Shown: positions 50,517 through 63,884 of the stretch, in pieces
How positions within the stretch are numbered: position 1 is the first letter of the stretch
Layout: each line of letters opens with the position of its first letter
The notes under the pieces: model-generated
Databases searched by the model: none
Seen by the model: the letters and a program-made list of their open reading frames with translations, nothing else
Told to the model about the DNA's origin: nothing
Translations under genes and position numbers: made by a program
From: Amphiscolops sp. MND2022
Lineage: Eukaryota
Direction of reading: 5' to 3'
Assembly (NCBI GenBank): GCA_964187785.1
Contig: OZ076411.1
Span: forward strand, 42,284,001-42,348,000
Length of the DNA: 64,000 nt

Positions 50517-51782
50517 TTAGCTAATAGTGCTAAAAGCTGGTATTCCAGTTATTGCACGTCCAAGAATCAATGCATGGATATCGTGGGTTCCTTCGTAAGT
50601 ATTCACTGTTTCCAGATTGATCAAATGACGCATTACGTGATATTCGTCAGAAATGCCATTTCCACCCAAAACGTCTCGACACTGTCTGGCAATATCCAAG
50701 GCTTTGCCACAGCTATTTCGTTTCACGATGGATATCATTTCTGGGCAATAGTTACCCGAATCTTTCAACCTTCCGACTTGAACACAAGCGTTTAATCCGA
50801 TGCTTATTTCAGTGACCATATCAGCAAATTTCTTCTGTATGAGTTGAGTGGCAGCCAACGGAGCGCCAAATTGCTTTCTGTCCAGGGTATACTGTCGAGC
50901 AGTGGCTAAGCAGAATTCAGCGGCCCCTAGAGCGCCCCATGAAATGCCGTATCTTGCACTGGTCAAACAACCAAAAGGCCCTTTAAACCCAGTAACATTA
51001 GGTAATAAATTCGAAGCAGGAACTTCAACGTCTTCCAGCATTATCATTCCAGTTTCAGATGCCTTTAAAGACATTTTACCCTCGATTGTTGGTGTTGAAA
51101 ATCCCTTCATGCCTCTTTCGATGATGAATCCCCTCAAAACGCCATCATGTTTAGCCCAGTAAATAGCAATATCTGCAATCGGCGAATTTGTGATCCAAGT
51201 CTTGGAACCATTCAAAATGTAACAATCAGAACTGGGTTCATACCTCGCTGTTGATTCCATACCCCCAGGGTCAGATCCATGATTAGGTTCCGTTAATCCG
51301 AAACATCCAACAAGCTCTCCCGAGCCCAGCTTTCGGAGAAAACGTTCTTTCTGTTCTTCGGAGCCATATTCATCGATAGGGTACATAACAAGAGATGACT
51401 GTACGCTCATTGCGGATCTATAAGCGCTGTCAACACGCTCACACTCCCTGGCAAGCAAGCCATAACCAACAGATGTTGTGCCCGCACAACCGTACCCCTG
51501 GATTGTAGCCCCCAAAACGCCCAATTCTCCCATTTCGTGAAGAATGTCTCGATCGAATTCACCCTTCCTGTTAGCCATCAGAATTCTGGGCATCAATTTG
51601 TCATCACAATACGCACGAAACTGATCTCTGAGAATAATTTCTTCCTCGGTGAGTAAGGACTCGAGATTCAACGCATCTTCGAAATTGAATTTGGTGAAAG
51701 TACGGCAATGTTTTACGGAAAAATTTGGAAGCTTGGACAGCTTAGCGAATGGGCGAGTGATTAATTTGTGACAAAGATTCAT
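50517..51782 (-). CDS. GCDH: Glutaryl-CoA dehydrogenase, mitochondrial (421 aa, intronless CDS)
   Basis: [60 protein letters not shown] and [20 protein letters not shown]. First ATG at 51782; the track start at 51803 is GTG. Confidence 0.96.
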   Translation of the reverse strand: MNLCHKLITRPFAKLSKLPNFSVKHCRTFTKFNFEDALNLESLLTEEEIILRDQFRAYCDDKLMPRILMANRKGEFDRDILHEMGELGVLGATIQGYGCAGTTSVGYGLLARECERVDSAYRSAMSVQSSLVMYPIDEYGSEEQKERFLRKLGSGELVGCFGLTEPNHGSDPGGMESTARYEPSSDCYILNGSKTWITNSPIADIAIYWAKHDGVLRGFIIERGMKGFSTPTIEGKMSLKASETGMIMLEDVEVPASNLLPNVTGFKGPFGCLTSARYGISWGALGAAEFCLATARQYTLDRKQFGAPLAATQLIQKKFADMVTEISIGLNACVQVGRLKDSGNYCPEMISIVKRNSCGKALDIARQCRDVLGGNGISDEYHVMRHLINLETVNTYEGTHDIHALILGRAITGIPAFSTIS

Positions 51783-53319
51783 TGCGGATCTGAAAAAAAA
51801 CACGATAATAGTTTAGGTCAATATGATATCGAGTCTGCTGACATTCAATTCAGTTCTTTTAGTGGCCAGAAGATTTCAGAGGTTAATCAAATGTTATTTA
51901 ATTCTTTAAAATTCCTTCGTCTCGTTTTTCCTGTTCTTCCGCAGAGTCGCAGAGTGCCGGAAAACGCAAAGCGAAAAACGTCTCCAACTGACCAAAATTT
52001 TTTTTCGAAAAGTAGCACAGCGCCGAAAAAAACCGTAGGTCTTTTCCACAATTATCGAGAAAAGTATCATCAGTCCCGAAAAAACTAAGCAGAAGTCACC
52101 CTTAAGACTCGGAGAACTATTTTTCTCAACTGAAAACCTCAAAAAAACCGAAACTAGTAAGAAAATTTTTCGATTTTTTTCGCAAAACTTCACAAATTTT
52201 ACTCCAACTTTTTTTCGAAAAATCACAATGCCGAAAAATACTAAGGGCCCATTATGCTCGCAAAACACTATTTTAGCTAAAGAAACGAAAAGGCTTCGGT
52301 GAATAAATCTGGAAACAGTCGCATAGTCCCGAAAAAACTCAAAGGTGGATCCCCTTTTCGTCTTTCTACTTTTGCAAGCATAGAAAATTTTTTGATGCGA
52401 GACTCCAACTCATGTACTCCTGCTTCTCAGACCTAGTCACCAGGCCTGGAAATATGAGTTAACCGCTAGAACAAAAGGTCATAAAATTTTACGAAATTTT
52501 ATTGAAGTGGACTCTTCACAGTTACTGACGAAAAAACTCGTAAAAATGCTCAGGGTGGTGGGTTTCAGGAAATCATATTTTTCAGAGTACAAAAAGTTTC
52601 TGTGGCCTGTGCGCCTCAAAAAAAACCTTTAAAAAATTGCACAGTGCCAAAAAAACCCAAAGTTGGAACCCTTTAGCCTTGAAAAACGTCTTTTTGGAAA
52701 ATGAAACACGGGAAATTGACGGGGGATCCTTTGGTGCAATGAAAAACTTTGTAATGAAGCACAGTGCCGACAAAACCATATGTTTGCAAACAAACGAAGA
52801 TATCAGGCTTTCCAGACATCGAACCGACGGCCGCCTGTTCGGGAAGCGCGCATCTTGACTACTGGCGGCGTGAACAAATTGTTCAAAGAGTGGACCATGT
52901 GCATACATAGTGTAGTCTTACGAAAAAAAACTAGTCATTGTAATAGTCGGGCACATTTCTTACGACTTAAGAAACAGTCAAGAATTGAAAATGTGTAGCT
53001 TCAGAAAGATTTGGTCCGCTTTATTATTTGGACGTCCGTTGTGGCTAGCAAAAATGACAATTTTCCTTGTTTTCAATCAAAGACGGACACTTGCTGGTGA
53101 CCGAATCAAGAACTGCAGCACCGAATCTGAAAGCATTACCACATTGATTGCGAATATGCCACGGTGGTATATAAACTGGAATACACATGACTCATGCCAC
53201 TTGAAAGAACCTTCAAGCAGCTATCATTAAGTAAATCTAGAAACATTCATTTCTGAATTAAAATATATATTTTTCAATCCATTATTAAACAAAGACCAAA
53301 TGATTTTTAAAATGTACAA

Positions 53320-54201
53320 CTAAGACCCTTTCCACTCAGTTTCAGAATACAGATCACTTCTGACTTGTTTCAAAATGGGAATTGAGCTTCTAATTGCTTC
53401 TAGTTCATCAGGATCAATATCAGCATACAGAATTGTTTCTTCCTCGGCAGCTTTAGCCACCACTTTCGCCCAAGGGTCCACGACACTTGACTGCGCCCAA
53501 CTTACATAATGCGATGACTCATCTCTAGCAGGTGAGCATGCAGCCACATACATTTGGTTGTCAGCAGCTCTTGCACGCTGCAGAAGCTCCCAATGCAAAG
53601 GCCCAGTGGTCATGTTAAAAGCTCCAGGGTAGATGAGTAAATGACAACCCAGGTTGCGATAGGCAGCTGCTAAAGCAGGAAACCTGATATCGTAGCATAT
53701 GGCAACGCCAATACTCACTGGTTGAAAGCTTTTACCTTTGGTGGGTCCAACAACGAAGTTGAAAAGTTTATTGCCGGCTGTTAAAACATCAGATTCCATG
53801 AAGCGGATTTTTCCAGGAACGTCAATGTCGAATAGATGTATTTTTCGGAACTTGCCAATCATTTCACCATCCGGGTTGAAAGCACAACTTGTGTTGAACA
53901 AACGGTTTTCGTTGTCTCGCTCAGGAATACTGCCTCCCACCAAATAACATCCATTTTCTTTGGCAGACGCTGCTAAAGATTCAGAAGTTTCTCCTGGAAT
54001 ACTTTCAGCATACTCTGAGAAAAATTGGGTCCCGTAAGGACTGTTGAAACATTCAGGGAGACAAACGACGTCGGCACCTCCAACGGAAACAGCTTCCTTG
54101 ATCTTCTCGCAAGCACGCTGTACGTTAAGTTGCTTATTAGCCGAAACTTTCAGCTGGACCAATGCCAATTTCATGACTGATCGGAGAGTTGATGCGGTCA
54201 T
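53320..54201 (-). CDS. NIT2: Omega-amidase NIT2 (nitrilase superfamily), about 293 aa, intronless
   Basis: [28 protein letters not shown] and ICYDIRF give the Glu-Lys-Cys triad; [19 protein letters not shown] is also present. The ATG is 54201 or 54174. Confidence 0.95.
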   Translation of the reverse strand: MTASTLRSVMKLALVQLKVSANKQLNVQRACEKIKEAVSVGGADVVCLPECFNSPYGTQFFSEYAESIPGETSESLAASAKENGCYLVGGSIPERDNENRLFNTSCAFNPDGEMIGKFRKIHLFDIDVPGKIRFMESDVLTAGNKLFNFVVGPTKGKSFQPVSIGVAICYDIRFPALAAAYRNLGCHLLIYPGAFNMTTGPLHWELLQRARAADNQMYVAACSPARDESSHYVSWAQSSVVDPWAKVVAKAAEEETILYADIDPDELEAIRSSIPILKQVRSDLYSETEWKGS

Positions 54202-54506
54202 TATGAGCTTCACAGTTTGTTGGCATTCGCCAAACAGTATTTCAAACAATATTCATGATGTTAATCATCAACAGCATAACTTCATTCCAGCGTCAGGGTC
54301 AACGAAGTTTCTTCATACATCTCATATCAGAGCCAATCAAAATCAAATATCTGAAGTTTTATACTGAGTGCATAGGATAGATAAGTAAACCCCACTACAG
54401 AACGTATGAACCTCCATGTACTATTATCGAAGCAAAGTTACGTGAATCAAAGTATCAAAGAAAGCAGCGAGATAAACGCACCTAACAGGATCTTATAACT
54501 TATTAT

Positions 54507-55810
54507 CCTCGACAGTACACCGAGAAGTTGAAAAAGTGACGAAAAATAACAAAAAATGTTTCAAAGCCTAATTTCTCCACGAATAATAGCGACAGCTCAA
54601 ATCGAATTTCTATTCCTGAAAGCCCTTTACCTAAGCTTTCAAATGGACACTAGTTAGGCTGGGAGTTGGCGCCACTTTTGGGGTGAGAGCGCCATCCCGG
54701 CGGCGCGGGCCCCGCTTCGCCGGGCCTTTCAAATGACACTCGAACTTTTCTCTGAAGCTTCATTAAAAAACTTCTATATGCGGTTTCAATGGTGGCAAAC
54801 TGTGTTACTAGAGAGTGACAGTAACATAGCAAACAGTTGCTGTGTTATTGAGAAAAAGTTACTTTTCTGAAAAGTATCTTTTTGCAAATTTTCACTTTTT
54901 TCTAGTTACCTTTTTGCCGGTGGTTCGGAAAACAAACTATATTGACACAAATAACAACTCGCCCCAGGTAGTCCAATCGATTGTTGATTAGAAAAACAAA
55001 ACTTCGTTTTCCTATGAGCCTTTTGCTTTTCGTAATATTTTATTGGTTGTGAAAAAAATCGCTGTCCTCATTTGGGGACAAAAGCACTGTCGAGGTGATA
55101 CAGAAGTGATGAAAAACGTAGTAGGAACCCTCCAAACGTCCTAACTTGCCTACTTTTGAATGTAGATGACATTTTCATGGAGAAAGCCTGAACAAAAATT
55201 TTTCCGGCTTTGTCAGTATAACCTCGACAGTACACCGAGAAGTTGAAAAAGTGACGAAAAATAGCAAAAAATGTTTCAAAACCTAATTTCTCCACGAATA
55301 ATAGCGACAGCTCAAATCGAATTTCTATTCCTGAAAGCCCTTTACCTAAGCTTTCAAATGGACACTAGTTAGGCTGGGAGTTGGCGCCACTTTTGGGGTG
55401 AGAGCGCCACCCCGGCGGCGCGGGCCCCGCTTCGCCGGGCCTTTCAAATGACACTCGAACTTTTCCCTGAAGCTTCATTAAAAAACTTCTATATGCGGTT
55501 TCAATGGTGGCAAACTGTGTTACTAGAGAGTGACAGTAACTTAGCAAACAGTTGCTGTGTTATTGAGAAAAAGATAATTTTCTGAAAAAAATCTTTTTGC
55601 AAATTTTCACTTTTTTCTAGTTACCTTTTTGCCGGTGGTTCGGAAAACAAACTATATTGACACAAATAACAACTCGCCCCAGGTAGTCCAATCGATTGTT
55701 GATTAGAAAAACAAAACTTCGTTTTCCTATGAGCCTTTTGCTTTTCGTAATATCTTATTGGTTGTGAAAAAAATCGCTGTCCTCATTTGAGGACAAAAGT
55801 ACTGTCGAGG
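54507..55810 (+). mobile_element. Two adjacent near-identical MITE copies of about 585 bp (715-bp period)
   Basis: TIR cctcgacagt(a/g)c / g(t/c)actgtcgagg at 54507-55096 and 55222-55810. Central GC-rich palindromic core. Flanks ttat/tgat and ataa/ttat are loosely piggyBac-like. Confidence 0.75.
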
Positions 55811-55924
55811 TTATGATAATAAAATTGTAAGATAAATACTTGAATCCAAGACAATTCCAAAAAGTTATTGATATTTCAATTTGACAAAAATAAAATTACT
55901 TTCACAATTGGATGAAACAACACC

Positions 55925-58900
55925 TCAAGGCGCTGAGTTTGGTTCCTTTCCAAATTCAGACACAATTCTGTAAAAACCATCTTCTTGGGTTTCGCCCATA
56001 GAACACAAAGACACTTTAGATAGAACTAGTTTCTCAGGAAAGGACATCTGGGGGCAATCAGGACTCTCCAAAAAGGACTTCTCGAATTTAGCATCTTTCT
56101 CTCTAAATTTGATGAGAGTAATATGAGGTCTGAAGCTGTGGTCGACAACATGTTTCAGTTCATACTCCTCGCACAACTCAATTAACTTCGAGTTGAGAAG
56201 CTGGAGAGAGTCCGATTGTAACTCAATGACAGCAACCTGATCGTTGAAACAGGTCAATTCCATTGTAGAGGTGTCTACTTCTATTGGCAGCTGCAATGGA
56301 GACAAGAGATCTAAATCATCGATATCAGACATCAGTTGAATTGCTAGCTCGAATTCACGCACTTTGTCAATTCTCAGCAAACCTAATGTTATGTGTAATT
56401 TAACAGGAGTACATTTATTCAACGTTACTGATTCTGGATAAATGTTGAAATATTTGCGACAAAATTCGGAATGATAATCTGCAATCTCTTGATTCTCTAT
56501 ACGAAAAGAGAAAAAATAATTAGGCTTCAACTTAGGTGCTTTTTCATCAGTATTTGTCTCAGATGTGCCCGTTGACACAGAAGTATCATCAACTTGTTCC
56601 AATGGTTCCACATGATCTATGGCTCGGCAAGTTTCTTCACGCTTGAGCGCCCAGTCCACTTTATAGATATCTTGAACTATCTCTTCCTTTTCAAAGTTCG
56701 AGGCGTACTTCATAAAATCGAACTGATCTGTGCCTGAAATACCATCACAGATTTAAGCCGAGTAACATTTCTAGCGCTTTTGAAATGTTTCAAGGTTGAA
56801 ATTCTATCTTCAAAAAACATAAAATGGTCGGCATTTTTTGAGGATATATATTTTTTCAAGTATACCAGGATCGGCCTGCAATGGCACGTTGATAAACTGA
56901 ATACTTCGTAGAAAAGATCGCGTCAATAGCGGGACAAACCATTTTCAGAAAGATTCTTACAGAACCAGATACAAGTCCATACGCTTCATGGACATTTTAC
57001 TGTATTTTACTTGACATTTTACTTGATCTTTGATTTTTTACATTTAACCCTCAAAAATATCAAAATCAGGTAGCTATAAACAGCTCACTAGTCAAGTCAA
57101 TTACGTCTCGTCAATTAGGACTTGGACATTAAATTCAGCTTTCAATGAGTTTTTACGGCCACTGGGGCGTTTGCTACTAGTACATTTGATACTAAGGTAC
57201 TGTGCTTCTATGCAGTTTGCAATAATAACTTCTGAACTTGCTGTTAACAATGGGACTAATATTTGTGACTATTATTCTTATGTGAGCCTAAGACAGGAAA
57301 ATCTAGTGGGGTCCATGATAAGGATACCATGATAAGGATTGTACCATGATAAGGATTTATTGTGCTCCAGCACTGTAAACGAACACCCAATTAATAGCAT
57401 TTTCCCGTAGGAGCAAATGTCCGGAAACCATTTTAACAACATCAAAAAGCCAGAACCCATAAAGTGTACTTAACAAGCCGGGACCGGCCCAAGACGGCGC
57501 CATATCCAAGGCTCAAAAATAGCAAAAGGACTTCCAAGAGTCAATTTACAGTACTCGAAAATCGAAAAAGCAAAAAAAATGGACCGAGTGGCGCGCCGGG
57601 GCCCGCTAGCGCGAGCCCCTGGCGCGCTAAAAGGGGGACACTTCCGAAATTGTCAACATTTTTGTCGCAGTTGAAGGGGGACCCTTTGGAGAAAAAACAA
57701 ATTTTCGGAAAAAAGTCTCACAATGCCGAAAAACTGAAAGGGGGACCCTTTGGGATTTTTAAACACCCAATCTGTTGTAAAATATCAAAGAAAGTGAAGG
57801 GGAACCCTTTGGGGAATTTTTTTCCGAAAAAAGTCTCGCAGTGCCGAAAAAAATTGAAAGGGGGGACCCTTTGGTCTATTTTGGTCAGTTCGCGTGGATA
57901 GAAAACAAGCCGGGACCGGCCCAAGTCGGCGCCATATCCAAGGCTCAAGAATAGCAAAAAGACTTCCGAGTGTCAAGTATTCTCTTTTACAGTACTCGAA
58001 AATTTTTCGAAAAAAAAATTTTTCGAAAAAATTACATACTCAAAAAAATGGACCGAGTGGCGCTTTCATGCATGCTTTACATCATTTTCTGCAATTGTCC
58101 TTCAAACATACTGTTTGAAAACGCAAAATTCAATTTCCTCATCAGTTCAATAAAATCAAAAGTAACAAAATAGATGCCGAAAATTGTCTTTTGAAGGAAC
58201 GGATTCTACATTTCATTATCTGCAATAGAAGTTTGGAAATTGTAAAAAATGACTAACCGAGTTCAGCGATTATATCGTGGATTCGTTTTTCGTTGCCAGT
58301 GGATCCAAAAATGAGATCAAGTCGTTCATTTTTATCCCAAACTTTCTCGTCTTTATACTTGAAGTACTGAATTCTGTGTTCCGGAATCGCAGAAGGATTG
58401 CTGTTGTGTTCAACATCGCACAGATCAGCATTCCAGTCGAAGCTAGAGAAGGGCTTCTCAACTACTCCCAGGAAACGGTCCACGTATCCCACCAAAAAGT
58501 TTCCACGGGGCAGCTGTTCGTCCCACTCAACTCGCTTCACAACTTCGCTCGCAGTTTTCATACGAGGTAGCTTCCCCGATATTTCATTCTTTTCATGAGG
58601 CTGTTCTAGGCACAGAAGTATTTATAACATTTAGCCTTTACTATTGTACAAGCAAGAAAAAATTTATCCCGATTACCACGGGATGGAGGCCGAATAAACA
58701 GTGCTGTTTTTGAGAGCCGGTGCCCTTTTTCGGATACTATCTTTTCATGACAAGCTATGGAATCATATTTGCAGCTAACTGGTCAAGCAATGGTCGGCTT
58801 GAAGCCGTGGTTTCAGAGTGACTTGCTCGAGGTCACAAAGGTCTGACTGCTCACAGTTGCTCTTTTAATTTGCTTTTCTCCACCAAATGCGAAATTTTTC

Positions 58901-59366
58901 GTCACCGACCATACCACTAAGCTAGGGATGAAGGACTTGCTTAAGGCCAAACGATGGTGAGTCGAGAAAAATATGAACCTGATACCACCGCACCAGTACA
59001 CGCCGAATGCTCTAGCCACACCATGCTCTCCAAATTTTCAGGCAGCAAAAATTGACAATTGAACAAAAATTGGAAAATTCATAGATGGACACTACTGATT
59101 CAGCAACTGATAAGGTGATTTTCACCGTCTCAGTGTCGAAGAGAAAATGTACCAATGTAAAGATCGGTTTTGAAATAGCAACTTATTTTGAATCATTCAT
59201 TGTAGGCCAAGGTCGTCTACTCATTAAGTTTAGCCAAGAGTCATGAAGTATTTCACCTTGTTTTTCTTGGTGCATTCGAGGCTTCTTTGGACTGCAGCTC
59301 TTGTCATGTTTTTCATCCACATCCATGCTCACAGGTGTTTCGTCATCACAGCAATCATCCCTGTAA
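55925..59366 (-). CDS. LENG9: LENG9-like protein: MJ1316 (DUF504) domain + AKAP7-like 2H phosphoesterase; 5' part lies upstream
   Basis: Exons 59366-59257, 58605-58258 (MKTASEVVKRVEWD...GYVDRFLG...IPEHRIQY...WDKNERLDLIFGS) and 56733-55925 (PNYF...LHITL...PHITL). Phase-1 GT-AG joins are consistent. Confidence 0.85.
57471..58070 (+). mobile_element. Two HINE-like elements in a LENG9 intron
   Basis: aacaagccgggaccggcccaag starts at about 57471 and 57902. Confidence 0.6.
58740..59020 (-). mobile_element. tRNA-derived SINE
   Basis: Minus strand: ggtgtggctagagc (A box), ggttcata (B-box-like) and ccttaagcaagtccttcatcc. Homologous to 6819-7060 and 13790-14455. Confidence 0.7.
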
Positions 59367-60331
59367 CTACAAAATAATTAAAAAGAGAAAAACAGTCCAG
59401 TCAAACTATCTGAAAAATATATTAGCCTTTTCAGATTGAAAAGTATTCAAATTGTTACTAATAGGAAAGTGAAACTTAGGCGGCGACTAACTCCATTTTT
59501 TGAATTCTGTGGAAAACATTCGATTTTTAATATTTAATGAAATCGAATTTTTGTTCGACTGGAGATGCCACGAAGTATAGGCATACTGAACCGATCGAAC
59601 CTCCTGTTAAGACTCCCCAGTTGGCAAATTGTCAAAACTGGGTAGTATATTTGAGGCTAGGAGCCAGTGTAATTTGACGCCCGATCAATTCGGTGACTAT
59701 TGGCGCTATATCAGCCAATATCGAAAATACTGGTTGTATGACTCGGACTTCAGCATTCCAGGAGAGTTTCGCGTACATCCAAGGCCGGTCTACGTCAAAA
59801 ACAGCCGCTGAAAGAGTAGTGGCACGTCGCTCCGCTTCGCTTACCTTCTGCATTTATGACACTAGGGGTATGTGAATATAGCTGACTACGTTATGATAAT
59901 TTCTATGAACAAATTTTCGGGCCTCAGATAATTCATTATCAAGTCTAAATAAACGCTCCCTCAAAACTACTATATCAGAAGCCTTCAAATGCGCAACTTT
60001 TAGAAACACTGGAGACAATTGCGTGTTGTTACTCTCGAACGATTTCGAAATAGATCTTTATGAAAACGAGTTGGAAATGAATTTAAACAAGTCCTAGCGT
60101 AGTCTAACTTGTCATGTTTTGGCTTTTAAAACAACTTTCAAATACGGTTTTTTGTATAAAAACTGATTACTTATTGAAAAAAACCGGAAACAGCATAAGT
60201 CGTTCGGCGCCTCGCTTAAGGCTCAAAAGAAGCAAAAGACTTCAAAGTGTCAAAGAATCCTCTTCCGAAAAATTCTTGCTCATAGTGCCGAAAAATTCCA
60301 AAGGGGTGCCACCTTTTGGACCTAAACGGTC

Positions 60332-60898
60332 TTTTTAGTCGGCGCCTTTTCCCTTAAGGAAAAAAGCCCGACTATTACAGTGGGTAGTTTCTTTTTCAGC
60401 TGACTATCTCAATCTGAATGGTCCACTTTTTACAATTTTCATGATCCACTAACTGCCACACTTGTAACTTCTACTGGCACTTGGCATAGAGGTTACGGCT
60501 TTTTTGAGGTCTGCCAAGCAGAAGGACGTGGGTTCGAGTCCAACCTTGACCAAAAATTTTTTTGTGCAGATTTTTTTCGGCTTTGTGATACTTTTTTTCG
60601 CAAATTTTTTAATGTCTCCAAAGGGTCCCCCTTCATTTTTTTCCTATTTTGCAAAAGAATGGATGTTCAAAAACTCCCAAAGGCCCCCCTTTTACATTTT
60701 TCGGCGCTATGTGACTTACCGGAGGCCAAAAAAAATTTCGGAAAAAAAGTTCGAAAAAAAATTCACAAAAAAATCGGATTTTTTTCAATTTTTTCCTCAC
60801 GCGGGTACTGTAGAAGAGAATACTTGACACATTGAAGTCCTTTTGCTATTTTTGAACCCTAGATATGGAGCCGACTTGGGCCGTTCCCGGCTTGTTTT
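60332..60898 (-). mobile_element. HINE-like element with a tRNA-like segment
   Basis: tttttagtcggcgc...gcccgact hairpin at 60332; gccgacttgggccgttcccggcttgtt at 60898; tggcatagagg...ggttcgagtcc at 60480-60545. Confidence 0.65.
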
Positions 60899-62187
60899 CT
60901 TCCAACAAAATCAAAGGCTTTTACTGTTTCATCACCAGAAACATCAAAGAACTAAAGCGAAAACCCTTTGCCAAATAACAAACAAAGTAGCATAATCCCG
61001 AAAATAACACTCAATTTCCTTTTCAACCCGAAAACGTACAGTAGCGTTCTAAAACATCGCAACTCAATTGCTTAAAATTACAAATTTCAAGTCGAAATAT
61101 CATAAAACTGCAAGAAATACAAAAACTTGCCAGCTAGGAAAGTCTCAGAAATTTTTGTAGTTTTAAAAAATTTTGTTCAATTTTTCTGCGACAAATTCCA
61201 GAGGTTAGAAATTGTAAATTTTGACCAAATTTTATCAAACTTGCACTTCTTCTCAATTTTCACAATGTTGAAAAAACATTTTTGAGAAGTTTTTGATCAG
61301 TTGCCACCAATTATCTAAGGTCGAACAACATTGTCCGCAAGTGTTAACTCAAAACAAAGACTGGGGAAACTGTTAAGAAATCCCGCCATTTATGTCTCCT
61401 TGAGTGTAATGGAAATTTGTGAAAAAATAATCACGTGCCATAAAGATTGACAAATTTGATAAAGTGATCCATCAACGCATCAATAGTTTCAACTGCATCT
61501 GAAGTAATGTTGGAACTCCGGGGATATTGGATGAACATGTCCCAAAAAAATTAATCGCCACAAAAAAGGCATAGCTTCAGATTGTAAGAACTAAAATGCT
61601 GTCAGCAGTAAGCAGTCAATACCACACAATTCTGGACATAGTTTATGAAAGTATTTTCCGACGCCATGTCGTGACGAAAATGCAATCAAGGAAGGTTAAG
61701 TGATGTGGACTCTAGAGAACAACTTGCACAGCGGACTGTGGCCTCTGGTCCTGGTGACAGAAGCTTATCTAACATTGTCCGAAAGTGTAAGCTTAAAACC
61801 AAGACTGGTGAAACTGCGAAGAATGCCCATCACTCATGTTTCTTTGAGTGTAAAAGGAATTTGTGAAAATTTAAAAAAAATGGTCAGCCATTTGCCCCCA
61901 AATCATTTTGATTTCAAATAAAAAACCCCAATTCCCTGAATACAGTTCTTATAGTCTATCTTGTGTGTTGCAGTGTTCATAGACACAAAATAGAGTACAT
62001 TTTTTAAATCTGATTTCAAACAAATCCTCAATCAGGACAATTCAATAGGTTCGGGAGATTAAAAGGAATTCTTCGATAATCTTCAATTTCCTAGAAAGTT
62101 GAATTTAAGCCCCTGAAATACTGAAAAAAACTCAATTTCATTTTTGCAAACTAGATAAAGTTCTATGAAACTTTTCTAGCTGGCAAT

Positions 62188-63737
62188 TTTTATTAGGCGC
62201 TTCATGAAGTGAAACGCGACTCTTATAGTGACTCTCTTTGTCAATCCACACGAACTGACCAAAATAGTTCAAAAGTTCTACGAAATATTATGGTGTCAAA
62301 TTTTGCCATTTCGCCTAGCAAACTGAACCAAAAAGGTTTTCCTGTTTTTCCGCGTAACATACAGTACCGGGCGAGACTAAAGGGTCCCCTTTCAGTTTTT
62401 TTCGGCATGGTGAGACTTTCCCGAAAAATTTTTCCCCGAAGGGCCCTTTAACTTTTTGATGTTTTGCAACAATGGATGTTAAAAAATCCGAATGGGTCCT
62501 GCTTTCAGCACGAATTCGCTTCAACTTTTGGGTTTTTCGGATACTGTAAAAGAATACTCGACACTTCGAAGTCCTTTTGCTATTTTTGAGCCTTAGATAT
62601 GGCGCCGACTTATGTCGTCCCCGGCTTGTTTGTATTTATGACAGTTTGCGAGTTATTTTGTTTTGAATTTTGTCATTTTGAGTACTGGAGCTGCGATATT
62701 TTAGAACGCTACTGTAAGTCAAAATATGAAAAGGTGGACCCTTCCAGTCAATTTGAAATTTAGAATTTTAGAAGAATTTTTATGGTCACTTTGGCCGGAT
62801 TAAGAAAAACACGAGCAAAAGGTGTTATAATAGTCACGTTTTATTTCATAAAGCGAGGACTAAAAATGGGATTGCTTCACGCGTATAATACTGCATTTAC
62901 AAAGAAAGGTTGAGTACATGGAAAATGCGCATATATATCTTTTCAGCAACAAAAAAGCGTTCTCGCAACCAGGAAGTGAAAATTCTGACACAGAATGTTG
63001 ACAAGCAAGGTTATGACCTGTTATAATTTATTGGGACTAAGTTTGTTGGACGTTGAAATTCATCTCAGACTGGTTCATTTGAGTTTCCCCGACTTTTTGT
63101 GCAACTGAGAGAAGACATCCTTACATCTGACGAGATTAGGAGTAGTCAAGGTATCATTAAATGTCAGTTGCCAATACATTTAAAAATTCAAATCTATTTT
63201 ACATCTTTTCCCACCATGCAAGAATCCACAGTTTTTAGTCGGCGCTTTTAACCATTTTTAGTCAGCGCTTCATGGATTGAAACGCGACTATTATAGTGAC
63301 TCTTTTTTTCTATCCACACGAACTGACCAAAATAGTTCTTAAAAGTTCTACAAAATATTATTGCACCAAATTGCACCATTTGGCCTAGCGAACTGAACCA
63401 AAAAGGTTTTTCCTGTTTTTCCGCGTAGCATACCATACCGGGCGAGACCAAAGACCCCTTTCAGTTTTTCGGCATTGTGAGACTTTCCCGAAAAATTTTT
63501 CCCCGAAGGGCCCTTTAACTTCTTGTTTTTTCTCCATAGGGTCCCCCCTTCAACTGCGACAAAAATGTTGACAATTTCGTAAGTGTCTCCCTTTTAGCGC
63601 GCCTGGGGCTCGCGCTAGCCACTCGGTCCATTTTTTTGCTTTTTCGATTTTCGAGTACTGTAAAGTGACTCTTGGAAGTCCTTTTGCTATTTTTTAGCCT
63701 TGGATATGGCGCCGACTTGGGCCGGTCCCGGCTTGTT
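62188..63737 (-). mobile_element. Two HINE-like elements (about 62188-62630 and 63232-63737)
   Basis: Same terminal motifs in reverse orientation. Confidence 0.6.
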
Positions 63738-63884
63738 AGCATCAATCGTCGATAAATCTCGAGTAAGAGATGACCTATTCTCTAGCTTGAAATTAAATTC
63801 ATCCATGAGCTTTAGACATTTCACTTGAAATTCGGCGGAGCCTGTTGGCAGATTAACGTTATCCGAAACTTGATATAAATTTAC

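Noticed and set aside
50517-54201. GCDH-NIT2 as a bacterial operon or horizontal transfer
   Set aside because: GCDH has a mitochondrial-type presequence, both look metazoan, and they are separated by host repeats with no bacterial signals.
32822-58598. Antisense ORFs overlapping real genes (for example 32919, 36509, 50430, 54044, 58277)
   Set aside because: Shadow frames of genuine opposite-strand CDSs.
21720-60545. Apparent tRNA genes (21720, 22230, 31030, 48930, 49113, 60480)
   Set aside because: A/B boxes are present but cloverleaves do not close; they sit within repeats and are SINE heads or pseudo-tRNAs.
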